Shown here: one piece after another, positions 7,356 to 17,573 of the stretch
How positions within the stretch are numbered: the first letter of the stretch is position 1
How the letters are laid out: each line of letters starts with the position of its first letter
Assembly (NCBI GenBank): GCA_022794495.1
Contig: JAAWEX010000001.1
Span: forward strand, 1-42,107
Direction: 5' to 3'
DNA: 42,107 bases
DNA from: Lawsonibacter sp.
Lineage (GTDB): Bacteria; Bacillota; Clostridia; Oscillospirales; Oscillospiraceae
The notes under the pieces: generated by a model
What the model was told of the DNA's origin: nothing
What the model saw: only the letters and a program-made list of their open reading frames with translations
The model's database searches: none
Position numbers and translations under genes: made by a program

Positions 7356-8021
7356 TCACCTCCCCGCCCTCTGCCGGGTCTCCAGCAGGTTGATAGCCAG
7401 CAGAAAGACGGCGGAGAGGGCGATGTTGGCCAGCACCCACCCCAGGGCCCCGGCGTCGTCCCCGGTGCGCCACAGCTGGTAGACCGTGGTGGAGATGGTG
7501 TCGGTGCGGCCCGGGGTATAGCCCGCCACCATGGAGGTGGCGCCGTACTCCCCCAGGGCCCGGGCAAAGGCCAGCACTGTCCCGCCCAGGATGCCCTGCT
7601 TGCAGCAGGGCATCTGCACCCGCCAGAACACCCAGGTATTGGACCGGCCCAGGGTCCGGCCGGCGTCGGCCAGGTTTTGGTCAAAGCTCTCAAAGGCCCC
7701 CCGGGCGGTGCGGTACATCAGGGGAAAGGCCACCACTACGGTGGCGAAGATGGCCGACTGCCAGGTCATGACCAGCCGCAGGCCGAACACGCTCTGCACC
7801 CAGGCTCCCAGAGGACGCTTAGGTCCCAGCAGGAGCAGCAGCAGCCAGCCCACCACCGTGGGGGGCAGCACCAGGGGCAGGGTGAGGACCACATCCAAAG
7901 CCCCCTTGACCGCTCGTGGCAGCCTGGCGGTCCAGTGGGCGGCGGCAATGCCCAGAAAAAACACCACCACGGTGGAAATGGCCGCGATGCGCAGGGAGTT
8001 CAGCAGCGGATACCAGTCCAT
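7356..8021 (-). CDS. modB: molybdate ABC permease ModB
   Basis: LPLVLPPTVVG, FPLMYRTARGAF, LAFARALGEYGAT. Confidence 0.93.
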   Translation of the reverse strand: MDWYPLLNSLRIAAISTVVVFFLGIAAAHWTARLPRAVKGALDVVLTLPLVLPPTVVGWLLLLLLGPKRPLGAWVQSVFGLRLVMTWQSAIFATVVVAFPLMYRTARGAFESFDQNLADAGRTLGRSNTWVFWRVQMPCCKQGILGGTVLAFARALGEYGATSMVAGYTPGRTDTISTTVYQLWRTGDDAGALGWVLANIALSAVFLLAINLLETRQRAGR

Positions 8022-8030
8022 AAGTACCTC

Positions 8031-8107
8031 CTGTAGGGGGCGGCCTCCGGGCCGCCCCGAGTTGTTCCCTTGCTGTCGCGGGGCGGCGCAGAGACCGCCC
8101 CCTACAG
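8031..8107. repeat. GTAG-type REP doublet (REPIN-like)
   Basis: 13-bp terminal inverted repeat CTGTAGGGGGCGG/CCGCCCCCTACAG, each end with its own GC hairpin. Confidence 0.65.
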
Positions 8108-8614
8108 CTAGCCCAACGGGGTAAAGCCCACATTCTCAAAAATTTTGGCGGAGCTCTCCTTCTGGAGGAAGACCAGGAATGCCTTGGCTTCGACTGGGTG
8201 CTTACTGTCCTTCAGCACGGCGGCGGGATAGATCACCTGGCCGCACATCTCGGCGGCAGCGGTGTCCACCACGGTCAGCTTGGCGGAGGCGGCGTCGGTA
8301 CCGTAGATGATGCCGCAGTCCACGGCGGCCTCGGACACCTGGGTGGTGACCTCTTTCACATTGGAGCCGTAGGTCAAGGTTCCGGCGGCGGCCAGGGCCT
8401 GCTCGTCCAGCTCATAGAATTCGAAAATCTTTTGGGTGTACTGGCTCACCGGGACGTCGCTGTTGCCCATGGACAGCAGAACGGGGATATCCTTCTCGGT
8501 TACGATGTGGCCCTTGCGAAACCGGGCATCCTTGTACTGGTCCTTGATGATCTGGGTCATGTCGTGGCAGGGGACGTGGCCTATGGCGTCCTCAGTACGG
8601 ATCAGCTTCATCAT
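8108..8614 (-). pseudogene. in-frame chimera: MoeA-like molybdopterin-binding protein N-terminus fused to ModA C-terminal half
   Basis: MKLIRTEDAIGHV.CHDMTQII...FRKGHIVT...LLSMG (MoeA-like) joins NSDVPVSQY...GSNVKEV...DCGIIYGTDA...VIYPAAV (ModA); no signal peptide. Confidence 0.75.
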
Positions 8615-8642
8615 AACACCTCATTTTTTCTTGGGAAATGGG

Positions 8643-9431
8643 TCAGCCTCCCGCCCGCTCCTGAATGAGCTGGGCGGCGATGGACACGGCAATCTCCGCC
8701 GGGGTCTCCGCTTTAATGTCCAGACCGATGGGGGTAGTAATCCGGGCCAGGTCGGCGTCGGCATAGCCCATCTCCTTCAGCCCGGCAAATACCGCCGCCG
8801 TCTTTTTTCGGCTGCCGATTACGCCGATATATTTGGCCGGCGTCTTCAGCACATGGGCCTGAACCGTCAGGTCGTCCTTGTGGCCCCGGGTCATAACGGC
8901 CACGCAGTCCTCGGCTGTAATATCCTGATAGGCGGCGGGATCGTCGTTTTGGATCAGCCGGGTCTCCTCTACGCCGGGGAAGAGCTCAGGCCGGCAGAAG
9001 TCCTCCCGGTCCTCCAGCACTACACACCGGAAGTCCACCGCCGCCAGGGCGGGGACCAGAGCCTGGGCCACATGCCCGCCGCCGAAGATGAACACCCGCC
9101 CGGCCTCCACCAGCGGGATATCGGCGGGCGAGACCAGCACCCGCCGGGTCTCTCCCTCCAGCCGCTCCAGACCCAGAACCAGGGAATCCAGCATCTGGGT
9201 GCTGTAGTAGCGCTCGTTTCGGATAAAGCGGATATTCAGGCCCTCCAGATGGCGCTCCAGCGCCTCTCCCCGATAGCCGGTAACCACCAGGATGGGGTCA
9301 GCCCCCGCCCGGCGCATCATGTCCGCTACCCGGCGGATCATGGTCTGCCCGTCCACCGGGAGCATGGGCTTGAAAGCCCCCATCCGGGATGAGACCCCGG
9401 CGGCCAAAATCAGGCCTGCCAGCTGTGTCAT
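8643..9431 (-). pseudogene. in-frame chimera: MocA/MobA-like nucleotidyltransferase N-part fused to XdhC C-terminal domain
   Basis: LILAAGVSSRMGAFK...PADIPLVE joins AGRVFIFGGGHVAQAL...MTRGH...YIGVIGSRKK...PIGLDIKAETPAEIAVSIAAQ. Confidence 0.75.
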
Positions 9432-9448
9432 ATTGTTTCCCTCCCGAT

Positions 9449-10238
9449 CTAAGCGATGTCCAGCCCCAGCTGCTCCGCCGCCTGCAGGGCCCGATGGTAG
9501 CGCCGCTCCCAGGCCGCCAAAGCCTTGGGGGTTCTGCACAGAGAACGCTTCGCCCCAAAGCGCTGATGCAGGCTGACCGTCCGCTCCCCCTGCACCAGCT
9601 TGTCGGCCAAATAGAGCAGGGCGGCCTCCACCCCGGCCTCCTCGGGCAGGTCGTGGTGGACGCAGATGACCTCTCCCAGCACAGGCCAGCCCTCCTTGAC
9701 CATGAGCTCGCCGCAGGCGTGGGCGTGGTCCGGCCAGTCCCGGACCAGGTCGTGAAACAGGCAGGCGGCACAGCCACCCCCGGTTGACGCCTCCGTGCGC
9801 CACCACGGCGATATCCCCCTCAGATTGGGCAAGGATATCTCGAACCGCCCCCGCCATCCGTCCCCCGGCCTGAGCAAAGCTCTCCCCGCCGGGGGGCGGG
9901 TAAGTCCCGAGCTTCTGCCCCCGCCGGGCGTACTCCGCCGGCCAGCGCCTTTTGATTTCCTCAAAGGTCAGGCCGGTCCAGGCGCCGGTATCCATCTCGG
10001 CCAGGCCGCTGTCAGGATAGACCGGAACACGCTCCTCCGCCAGAATATGGGAGGTCTGGACACAGCGCAGAGCCGGGCTTGTATAGACGGCGGCAATGGA
10101 TTTCTCCCTGGCCCAGTCCCTCAGCGCCCCGGCCTGCCGCCGTCCCGCCTCAGACAGTGGAGCATCTTCGGCGTAGCCGCAGGTGTGCGTCTCTCGGACC
10201 TGGGGTTGTCCGTGGCGGATCAGATACAGGGTTCGCAC
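9449..10238 (-). pseudogene. histidine phosphatase N-part joined out of frame to an HD-domain C-part
   Basis: LYLIRHG...YTSPALRCVQT...VVAHGGVNR, then a frame change at about 9765 to ACLFHDL...HAHACG...HHDL...LYLADKLVQG. Confidence 0.7.
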
Positions 10239-10253
10239 ATCGGCTTTCTCCTC

Positions 10254-10640
10254 TCACACTCCCGTTTTTCGGGAAATACACAGGGAATAACCCGGCTTCA
10301 CGCCCCGGGGCCAGTCCGGGCTGCGGAGAATATCCGGCAGGCCGCAGTCCCGGCCCGACAGCACGGCGCCCGCCCACAGAGAGGTCAGCGCGGGGGTGTG
10401 ATCCTCAAAGAGAACCGGCTCCAGGCCGGCCTGTCTGAGCCGGCCCTCCAGGCCCTCCCGGCTGTCCAGCCGGCCCAAGAGGGTGTGGGCGTCCCCGCCC
10501 TTCCGGGCATACAGGTCAGAGAGGACCAGACCTCCCCCCGGCTTCAGGACCCGGGCGCACTCCCCCAAAGCATCCTCCGGCCTCTCCATCTGGGACAGAG
10601 CGCACTCGATCAGCACCCCGTCAAAGGTTCCCGCCGGAGT
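10254..10640 (-). pseudogene. C-terminal half of a class I SAM methyltransferase (DVU_1556-like)
   Basis: FDGVLIECALS...ECARVLKPGGGLVLSDLY; SAM motif I and a start codon/RBS are absent. Confidence 0.7.
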
Positions 10641-11571
10641 GGAGACCGCAGAGGGGGTGGTCGCAGGCGGAAGGGACCAGGCTCTCCCGGGGGATGAGAC
10701 CCCCGGTCTGGCCCACGATGTCGTCCAGCAGCTGGCCCATGGTGTACCGCTCCCCATCCCCGGGGAGGGCGGGCACCCGGCCAAAGTAGCTCACCGGCTG
10801 GAAGTGCACCCCCCGGACAGTGGGGCTCCAGGCCAGACCGAAGCGGATGATATCCCCGACCTGGTCCGTGTTCACCCCGGGTACCAGGGTGGGCACCAGG
10901 ACCACTCCTACGCTTTCCTCCGCGCAGGCCATGACAGCCGCCCCCTTGGCGCCCAGCAGCTCCCGGCCCCGGAGGGCGCGGTACACCGCTTCCGTTATCC
11001 CGTCGAACTGTAAAAACACAATATCCAGCCCCGCCCGGGCCAGCGCGTGGAGATACGCGGGGTCCTCCGCCAGCCGCAGGCCGTTGGTGTTCAGCTGAAC
11101 ATAGGGACACCCGGCTTTCTTGGCGTGGGTCACGATTTCCGGCAGGTCATCCCGCAGGGTGGGCTCTCCGCCGCTGAGCTGGAGCAGGGTGCCGCCGGTC
11201 TGTCGAACCATATCGTCAATCCAGCCCTTCACCCGCTCCAGAGGCGGGTCTTGCGTCTGGCTGTTGTCCGCGAAGCAGAAGCGGCAGCGCAGGTCACACC
11301 GGTCGGTGACCTCCAGAAGGGTGCAGCAGGTGTTTCGCAGGTGCTTCCCGCACAGGCCGCAGTCCTCCAGACAGCGCAGGCCCTCCTCCGCCCCGATCTC
11401 CTCCCGGGGGCCGGTCCAGTCCTCCAAGGCCTCGCTCCCCTGCCAGACCAGAGCGGAGAACGCCCCGTGCTCCGGGCAGGTCTTTTCCAGATAGCAGCGG
11501 CCCTCCCGCTCCACCCGCACCGCAGGGACGCGCTTCAGGCAGACAGGACAGACACTGGTGGTTTTGTGCAC
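10621..11571 (-). pseudogene. radical SAM protein (TrsS-like), C-terminally truncated
   Basis: TTSVCPVCL, KTCPEHG, CDLRCRFC (CX3CX2C), QLSGGEPT, LNTNG, VHFQPVSYFGR; stops abruptly after CDHPLCGLHSG where the methyltransferase fragment begins. Confidence 0.75.
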
Positions 11572-11572
11572 A

Positions 11573-12205
11573 TCAAACACTCCTCTCCAACAGGCTCCGC
11601 TTCTGCATCCCGGTTCCGGCAAATCCGGTAAGGGCTTGGGCACAGACGCGCTCCGGGACAGGACCTCCCGCCTCCGCCAGCGCGCGGCGGGCATATTCCG
11701 GGTCTGGGGGAGTCACCCCATACAGAGTGAGCGCCCCCTCTTTCAGGGTGTAGTCCACCACCCCCGGGCAGGCCAGCAGCACGCCGTCCAGCGCCCACAG
11801 CCGGCCCTTTCCTGCCAGCCGGCCGCCCTGGGGGAGCATCCGCCGGACAAAGCTGCCGCAGGGACAGGGCCCGGGCAGGAGTCTCCCCATGTCGCCGGTC
11901 CGGTAGCGGAGGAAGGGCATGGCCCGCCGGTCCAGGGTGGTGAACACGAGCTCCCCCATGCCGTGGGCGAAGAAGTCCACCGTCCGCTCCTGGTCCTCCC
12001 GGCGGAAAAATATCCGCTTGGGGGAGGCCGTGGTGCCGGAAGTCTTAAGCGTTACAACGCGCTCCACCTCGGCCCCGCCGCAGCACAGCCAGCGCTGAGG
12101 GTCGGCCCGGAGCTGGTCCGCCGTGGTAAACGGAATACGGGCCAGATCCTCCCGGGTACAGATGTCCTCCGGTCGGACCGCTCTCAGGTGCTCCCTATAG
12201 AATGC
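11573..12205 (-). pseudogene. phenylacetate-CoA-ligase-like AMP-binding protein (DVU_1553-like), N-terminus missing and internal deletion
   Basis: FYREHL...IPFTT...TSGTTASPKRIFF...FFAHGM is directly followed by GELVFTTL...RYRTGD...CPCGS; the central domain is absent. Confidence 0.72.
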
Positions 12206-14250
12206 TGATCCATTTTTTTCAAAAGCTCCGGTGAGATGAGCAGGGGAGCCCCGGTATGTGCGTTCTCCATAGATGGCGCCTCCTCCGGTTTATAGCGCAG
12301 CAAAAGCTGCCGTTTCAGCCAGCGGCGGCTGTCCCGGCTCTGGGTAGCGGTGGGGACGGGGTCGTCCCACAGCCCGCCCTCCCTTTCCGGGAAAATGGCC
12401 CGCAGCAGGTGGGCCGCCGCCTTGCCCCTCCGGGCGAACACGTCCCTGCAGTTGGCGCAGTAAACCAGATAGGGCAGAGGACTGGCCTCAATCCGGTTTT
12501 GGGCCACCCCCTGGGCATATTTGGGGTTGGCAATCTCCACCTGCCCGCCCCAGCCGCAGCACTGGGCGTACTCCCCCTCCAGGGGAAGGGCATCCAAATG
12601 AAAACCAGCCTTTCGGGCCAAAGACCGAACAGCCCTCTGAGTCTCCGGGAAATCCCGGCTGGGGCAGGGGTCAAATACCGCGGCGGTCTGCCCCGCGCCG
12701 GATCGGAAGACAGGCAGGTCCCAGCTGTCCAGCAGCTCATAGAGGGACATCCCCTCCGCCCGGGGCAGGTGACGGGCCAGCTCCTGGCGGCAGTTGAGGC
12801 AGGCGAACACCACTGTGGGCCGTCCCAGGTCCTCCCAGACCCGTGCGAACTCTTCCACGGTCTCGCTGTGGAGCTTTTCCTCCCCCGCCCACTCCGCCGG
12901 CGCACCGCAGCAGCCCAGATAGAGGGCCGATTCAGGCTCATGCTCCAGGAGGGTGCGGAAGCTGTCCAGAACCAGCCGAGGGTCAGAGCCCCCCAGGCGG
13001 CATCCGGGGAAAAACAGATATTTGGGGTTCCCGTTCCCGTCAGGGTCCAGCAACAGGGAAGCCTCCCCATTGGAAAACTCCATGTCCCGCAGCCAGAACT
13101 CGTGGTAGGCCCAGGGCATGGCCTCCTCCTCCACCATCCGCCGGTGGCTGTCCAACAGATAGGTACCGGTGTCCAGAGAGACGGGGCACACCTCCTTGCA
13201 CAGCCCGCAGTGGTTGCAGGTGGCGATGAAGCGGGTGGCCAGCCGGGCCTTTCGGGACAGGCTCACCGGCTCAATGGTGGTCTGGACCTCCTCCTCCACC
13301 CGCTTGGGATACTTGTGGTAGCTGCGCATCAGGTCGCAGTATTTGACGCAGGCGTCGCACTGGCACTGTTGGCACCGGCCCGCCTCGGCGGCGGCCTCCT
13401 CCCTGGTGAGAATGTCCTCCCCCGCCCGGCGGGCGGGGGGCGTATAGGGCAGCAGCGCCGGGTCCGGGTGGAAGCGGGTGGAGAAATCCCGAAAGGGTTC
13501 GTTCATCCCGCCCACTTTTAAATACCGCTCGATGGCCTTGGCGGCAAGCAGCCCGTCAGCAATGGCCTCCATCACGGTCCGGCCCGCCAGTTCTCCGCCC
13601 AGGAATACGCCGTCCCGCCGGGAGGCGCAGGCCCCCCTGCCGGACAGCTCCAGTCCAAAGCAGTCCCCTCCTGCCCCGGTGGACACATAGACCGCGTCCG
13701 CCTGGACTTGAGCCAAATCCGTGACTCTCTGCCCGAGGCGGAAGTCCACCTTTTCATACATGAACTGGCGCTCCAGCTCAGGCATAAATACCTCCTCTGG
13801 CAGGAGAGACCATAGGGAGCCGCCTACTCGTTCTTCTTTCTCGAAGATAACAACCTCGTACTTTTTTGAGGCCAGGCGCAGAGCGCAGGCCAAGGCGCCG
13901 GGACCCGCCCCGATCACAGCGATCTTGTTGGGCCTCCTGGGCAGATTATAGCTGTTGGGCTTGATATTGGGGGCGTGGGCAATAGCTGCCGCCTCCAGGT
14001 CCCGCAGGGCGACGGCCCCTCCCCTGGCGGAGAAGACGCAGGCCGCCTGGCAGGGCTGGGTACACAGCCGGCTGACAATGCCGGGAAAGGCCACCGTGTC
14101 CCGGTAGAGCCGAAAGGCGGCGCTGAAAGCCCCCCGCTTCATATGTCCGATGAACGCCCGGATGTCCAAGCCGAAGGGGCAGACCGAGGCACAGGGAGGC
14201 GGATCGTCCTGCATACAGGTCCGGGCCAGCTGGGCACGGAAGTCACTCAT
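12184..14250 (-). pseudogene. FAD/Fe-S (GltD-like plus dicluster/CCG) oxidoreductase, C-terminus apparently truncated
   Basis: PPCASVCP, CTQPCQAAC, VIGAGPGALACA, CQQCQCDACVKYC, CNHCGLCKEVCP, FFPGC, CCGAPA, CCGWGG, CANC; ends where the AMP-binding fragment starts in another frame; RBS AGGAGG. Confidence 0.7.
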
Positions 14251-14278
14251 AGGGATACCTCCTGAGTAGAAAGAGAAA

Positions 14279-14308
14279 GCAGGGCGCGGCGCGCCGCCGC
14301 GCCCTGCA
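14279..14308 (-). terminator. hairpin downstream of the aldehyde oxidoreductase gene
   Basis: GCAGGGCGCGGCG...CGCCGCGCCCTGC followed by a T-rich run on the minus strand. Confidence 0.55.
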
Positions 14309-14329
14309 TAAAAGGCCCGCAGGAAAAGC

Positions 14330-16336
14330 TTAGAAGGGCTTGGCGGCGTTCTTGTCGTCCAGGGGCTCATAGAAGCTGTCACCGCCGAATTTGACGGGGT
14401 GCTCCTTGATGTCCGCCAGACGCTCGTACATATCGTCGCCCAGGAAGTACTTTTCCGGCTGGAAGGGCGCTTCGCCGGCGGCGATGGCGTCCATGCCGGC
14501 CTTGATCTTGTCGGGGGAGGCGGGCAGCTCGTACACGCGCACGCCGCAGGCCCGCTTGATGCCGTTGATGACGGCCATATGGCCGGAGGCCTGGAAGGCC
14601 TCGGAGGAGCCAGAGGAGCCGAAGGGGCCGATTTCGTCGGGCCGGTCGATAAGAATCACGTTGATATCGTCGGGGGTGTCGGTGCAGTAGGGCACGCCGG
14701 ACCGGGCGATGTTGCCGTGAATCTTCACGTCGTCATAGTTCTCGGTGAGGGCGAAGCCGATGGAGTGGGAGATGCCGCCGTAGGCCTGGCCCAGAACAGC
14801 CGCGATGTTGCCCGGCTTGCCCACATCGGTGACGCAGGCGAAGCGGACACAGCTGGCCTTGCCGGTCTTGACGTCCACCTCTACCTCGGCGATATTGAAG
14901 CAGTAGGTGTAGGAGGGATTGGGGTTGCCCACGCCGGTGTTGGGGTCCATACGGCAAAGCTTCTTGCCCCGGGGGGCGGCGGTGGTGCAGGAGTAGGTGC
15001 CGTGGTAGCGGGTGGGCAGGCCCTCGGCCACCATCTCGTCATAGGTGCGGTAGGTGCCGTCGGGCTTACGCATGGCGTCCAGCAGCTTATTGGCCGCGTC
15101 GATGGTGGCGTTGCCGCTCATGAAATGGGTGCGGCTGGCGCCGGACATGCCGGAGTCGGGACACAGCTTGGTGTCGTTCTGCACCAGCCGGACCTGCTCA
15201 GGCTTGATGCCCAGGGGCTTCAGGGCCTCCAGCGTGAGCATCAGGGAGCCGATGTCGCCGCCCTGGCCAAGCTCCTGATAGGTGTCGTACTTGGTGATGG
15301 TGCCGTCCGGGTTGAGCTCCAGGTCGGCGTGGGCCTCGTCGGTGGCCCCCTCGGTGACGTTGAAGCCGCCCCAGGCCACGCCCACGCCCCGGAGCTTTTC
15401 GGGAGTGGAGGTCTTCTTCGCGTGCTCCACCATCTCCTCATAGACGGGCTTGGCCTTGATCATGATCTCCTCCATGGGGTACTGGGGGTAGTCGTAGCTG
15501 GCGGTGGTGGTGTCCCCCTCGCGGGCGATATTGCGCCAGCGGATCTCAAAGGGGTCCAGCCCCAGCTTCTCGGCCATCAGATCCATCATGGACTCGGAGT
15601 GGGTGTAGGCCTGGGGGGAGCCGTAGGAGCGGTAGGCGGTGGCAAAGTTGTGGTTGGTGTTGGCAATGCGGCCCAGAGCGGCCACATGGGGCACGTTGTA
15701 GGGGAAGTAGACGTGGCGGACCACCTTGGTAATCAGGTCGTCGCCGTAGTCATACAGGCCGCAGACCTTGGCCAGAGCGGTGGGGCGCACCAGGGGCTTG
15801 CCATAGTACTCGCCGTCCTTGGGAACCTTGACCGAGATGTCCTCAATCGCGGCCTCGCCCCGCATAACCTTGGCGGCGGCCATCACGGCGTCGATAATCT
15901 GCTTGTAGCCGGTGCAGCGGCAGACGTTGCGGTGCTTGGTGAACCACTCCCGGGCCTCCTGGCGGGTGGGGTTGGGGTTGCTCATCAGCAGAGCGTAAGT
16001 AGAGACAATGAAGCCAGGGGTGCAGAAGCCGCACTGCACCGCGCCGCAGTTCATCCAGGCGATCTGGATGGGGTGGGGATTCTGGGGCGTGCCGATGCCC
16101 TCGATGGTGATAACCGTGCTGTACTCCTTGATGGCCCGAACCTTGCGGGTGCAGGAGCGGACCAGCTCGCCGTTGGTAATCACAGAGCAGGAGCCGCACA
16201 CGCCGGTGCCGCAGCCCACCTTTGTCCCTGTCAGGCCGATACGGCGCAGAATGTCAGACAGCGTGTCCACCTCCGGGTCACAGGAGAAAACGCGGTCCAC
16301 ACCGTTGATATTCAGCCACATTTTTCTAAGGTTCAT
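14330..16336 (-). pseudogene. Mop-like molybdopterin-dependent aldehyde oxidoreductase with a large in-frame internal deletion
   Basis: 2x[2Fe-2S] motifs (GCGTGVCGSC, QCGFCTPG, CRCTGY), then RPTALAKVCG.YDYGDDL jumps directly to ...AYRSYGSPQ; 668 aa versus about 900 aa for Mop; hammerhead and first Moco-binding region missing. Confidence 0.8.
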
Positions 16337-16683
16337 GGTGCTGTCCTCCTCGAATCAAGAATAAAGAAATGATTTCTCAGCTCTCGTCCTTGTAGTATAG
16401 ATGAAAATTTTCCTTTCGGCAATGCAGAAAAACAACAAAAAAAGAACAAACAAACAATGTATTAGCAATATTTTTATATCTATATATTTTTAATTATTCT
16501 GTAAATATATAAAATTTTTTCCAAAAATTCATATATGGCAAATCGAAAATAACGACAGCCAGGTTTTAATAAATTAATTTTCATTCATTATAGCTAAACC
16601 TGTCATTAACTATCATATAATTCATATTTTTCGTTGATATTTCATATTTTTTCAACTATAATACGCTTATTCTATTTCTTCAT

Positions 16684-17136
16684 ATGAAAAATGAGGAAAA
16701 CTTCATGGCGTTAGATGAAAAAATCGCGGAGCTGCTGTCGCAGAAATTTCACTGCTCCCAGATCATGATGCAGATCGGGCTGGACGCGCTGGATTTGGAC
16801 GAGCCCAACCTGGTCAAGGCCATGACCGGGCTGGCCGGCGGACTGGGAGGCTGCGGAAAAAACTGCGGCGCACTCACAGGCGGCGTGTGCATGATTAGTC
16901 TCTTTGCCGGCCGGGGTGCCGCAGAAGGGGAGGCCGGCCCGGAGTTTGAGACTATGGTCTCCGAATTTTTATTATGGTTTGAGGAGACCTATGGCAGCGC
17001 GGACTGCGGTGACATTATCCAGGGAGACAAGGACAATATCTCCTCCACCTGCCCCCAGCTGATCTGTGCTACCTGCCGGAAAGCACTGGAGCTCCTGCAA
17101 AGCTATGGTTTCCCTGTAGAGAAGGTGTTGGAATAA
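16684..17136 (+). CDS. C-GCAxxG-C-C family redox-active protein (DVU_1555-like)
   Basis: FHCSQ, GLAGGLG, CGALTGG, ADC, TCP motifs; start may be the ATG at 16705. Confidence 0.85.
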   Translation: MKNEENFMALDEKIAELLSQKFHCSQIMMQIGLDALDLDEPNLVKAMTGLAGGLGGCGKNCGALTGGVCMISLFAGRGAAEGEAGPEFETMVSEFLLWFEETYGSADCGDIIQGDKDNISSTCPQLICATCRKALELLQSYGFPVEKVLE

Positions 17137-17405
17137 TCTCCCATCTTTGCCGGCTTATGGTGCTGCTCAATGCTATCCCAGATGAGATCAATGCGAGGAA
17201 GCCAAAATAAGCAATATCTGTGCGAGGTCTTTTTTATAGACAGAGATGTAATTCAGCATTGAGATATTCAATCAAAAGCCGATTGCTCCCACCACGGTAG
17301 AAATCATGGCATTCTTGCAAAATCAGCTGCCGCCCTGGCCGCAGCAGGAAAACCCGGCGGGGAAACGGCGGGACAAAGAGAGCTAAGCGGAAGCTTATTC
17401 CGAAC

Positions 17406-17449
17406 AAAAAGCACCCAAAAGTGCCGAAAACGGCTCCTTGGGTGCTTTT
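17406..17449. terminator. hairpin next to the att-like repeat
   Basis: AAAAGCACCCAA...TTGGGTGCTTTT. Confidence 0.55.
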
Positions 17450-17456
17450 GATACAC

Positions 17457-17498
17457 TTTGTAATCAGCAGGTCGGAGGTTCGAATCCGCCCTCCTCCA
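17457..17498 (+). repeat. att-like partial tRNA direct repeat (Thr/Tyr chimera)
   Basis: 17457-17488 matches tRNA-Thr 5552-5583 at 31/32 nt; 17477-17498 matches the tRNA-Tyr 3' end at 21/22 nt. Confidence 0.8.
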
Positions 17499-17573
17499 CG
17501 CCGCGGCGGCGTGGAAGCCCAGAAAAAACAGCTCCCCGGCCTTTAGGCGGGGAGCTTGCTTGTAATCACAGGC

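Larger units (their letters stand above)
5822..17498. mobile_element. degenerate tRNA-associated genomic island carrying a Mo-cofactor/aldehyde oxidoreductase cluster
   Basis: Bounded on the left by tRNA-Thr/Tyr and on the right by a partial tRNA direct repeat (17457-17498); no integrase visible. Confidence 0.6.

Noticed and set aside
8643-10238. 531-aa single multidomain protein
   Set aside because: The middle is a frameshifted read of the HD fragment, and an internal RBS plus ATG at 9431 starts a separate gene
10621-10623. TGA as selenocysteine in the TrsS-like radical SAM gene
   Set aside because: The stop follows the junction into methyltransferase sequence, and the downstream in-frame translation is not radical-SAM-like
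14399-16372. Long antisense ORFs here and opposite pgi, ALDH, ADH, glnA and others
   Set aside because: Shadow ORFs caused by high GC3 codon bias; no motifs or RBS
17457-17498. Fourth tRNA gene
   Set aside because: No 5' half (acceptor 5' strand and D arm missing)
5822-17498. Active integrative element or prophage
   Set aside because: No integrase, relaxase, transposase or phage structural gene is recognisable
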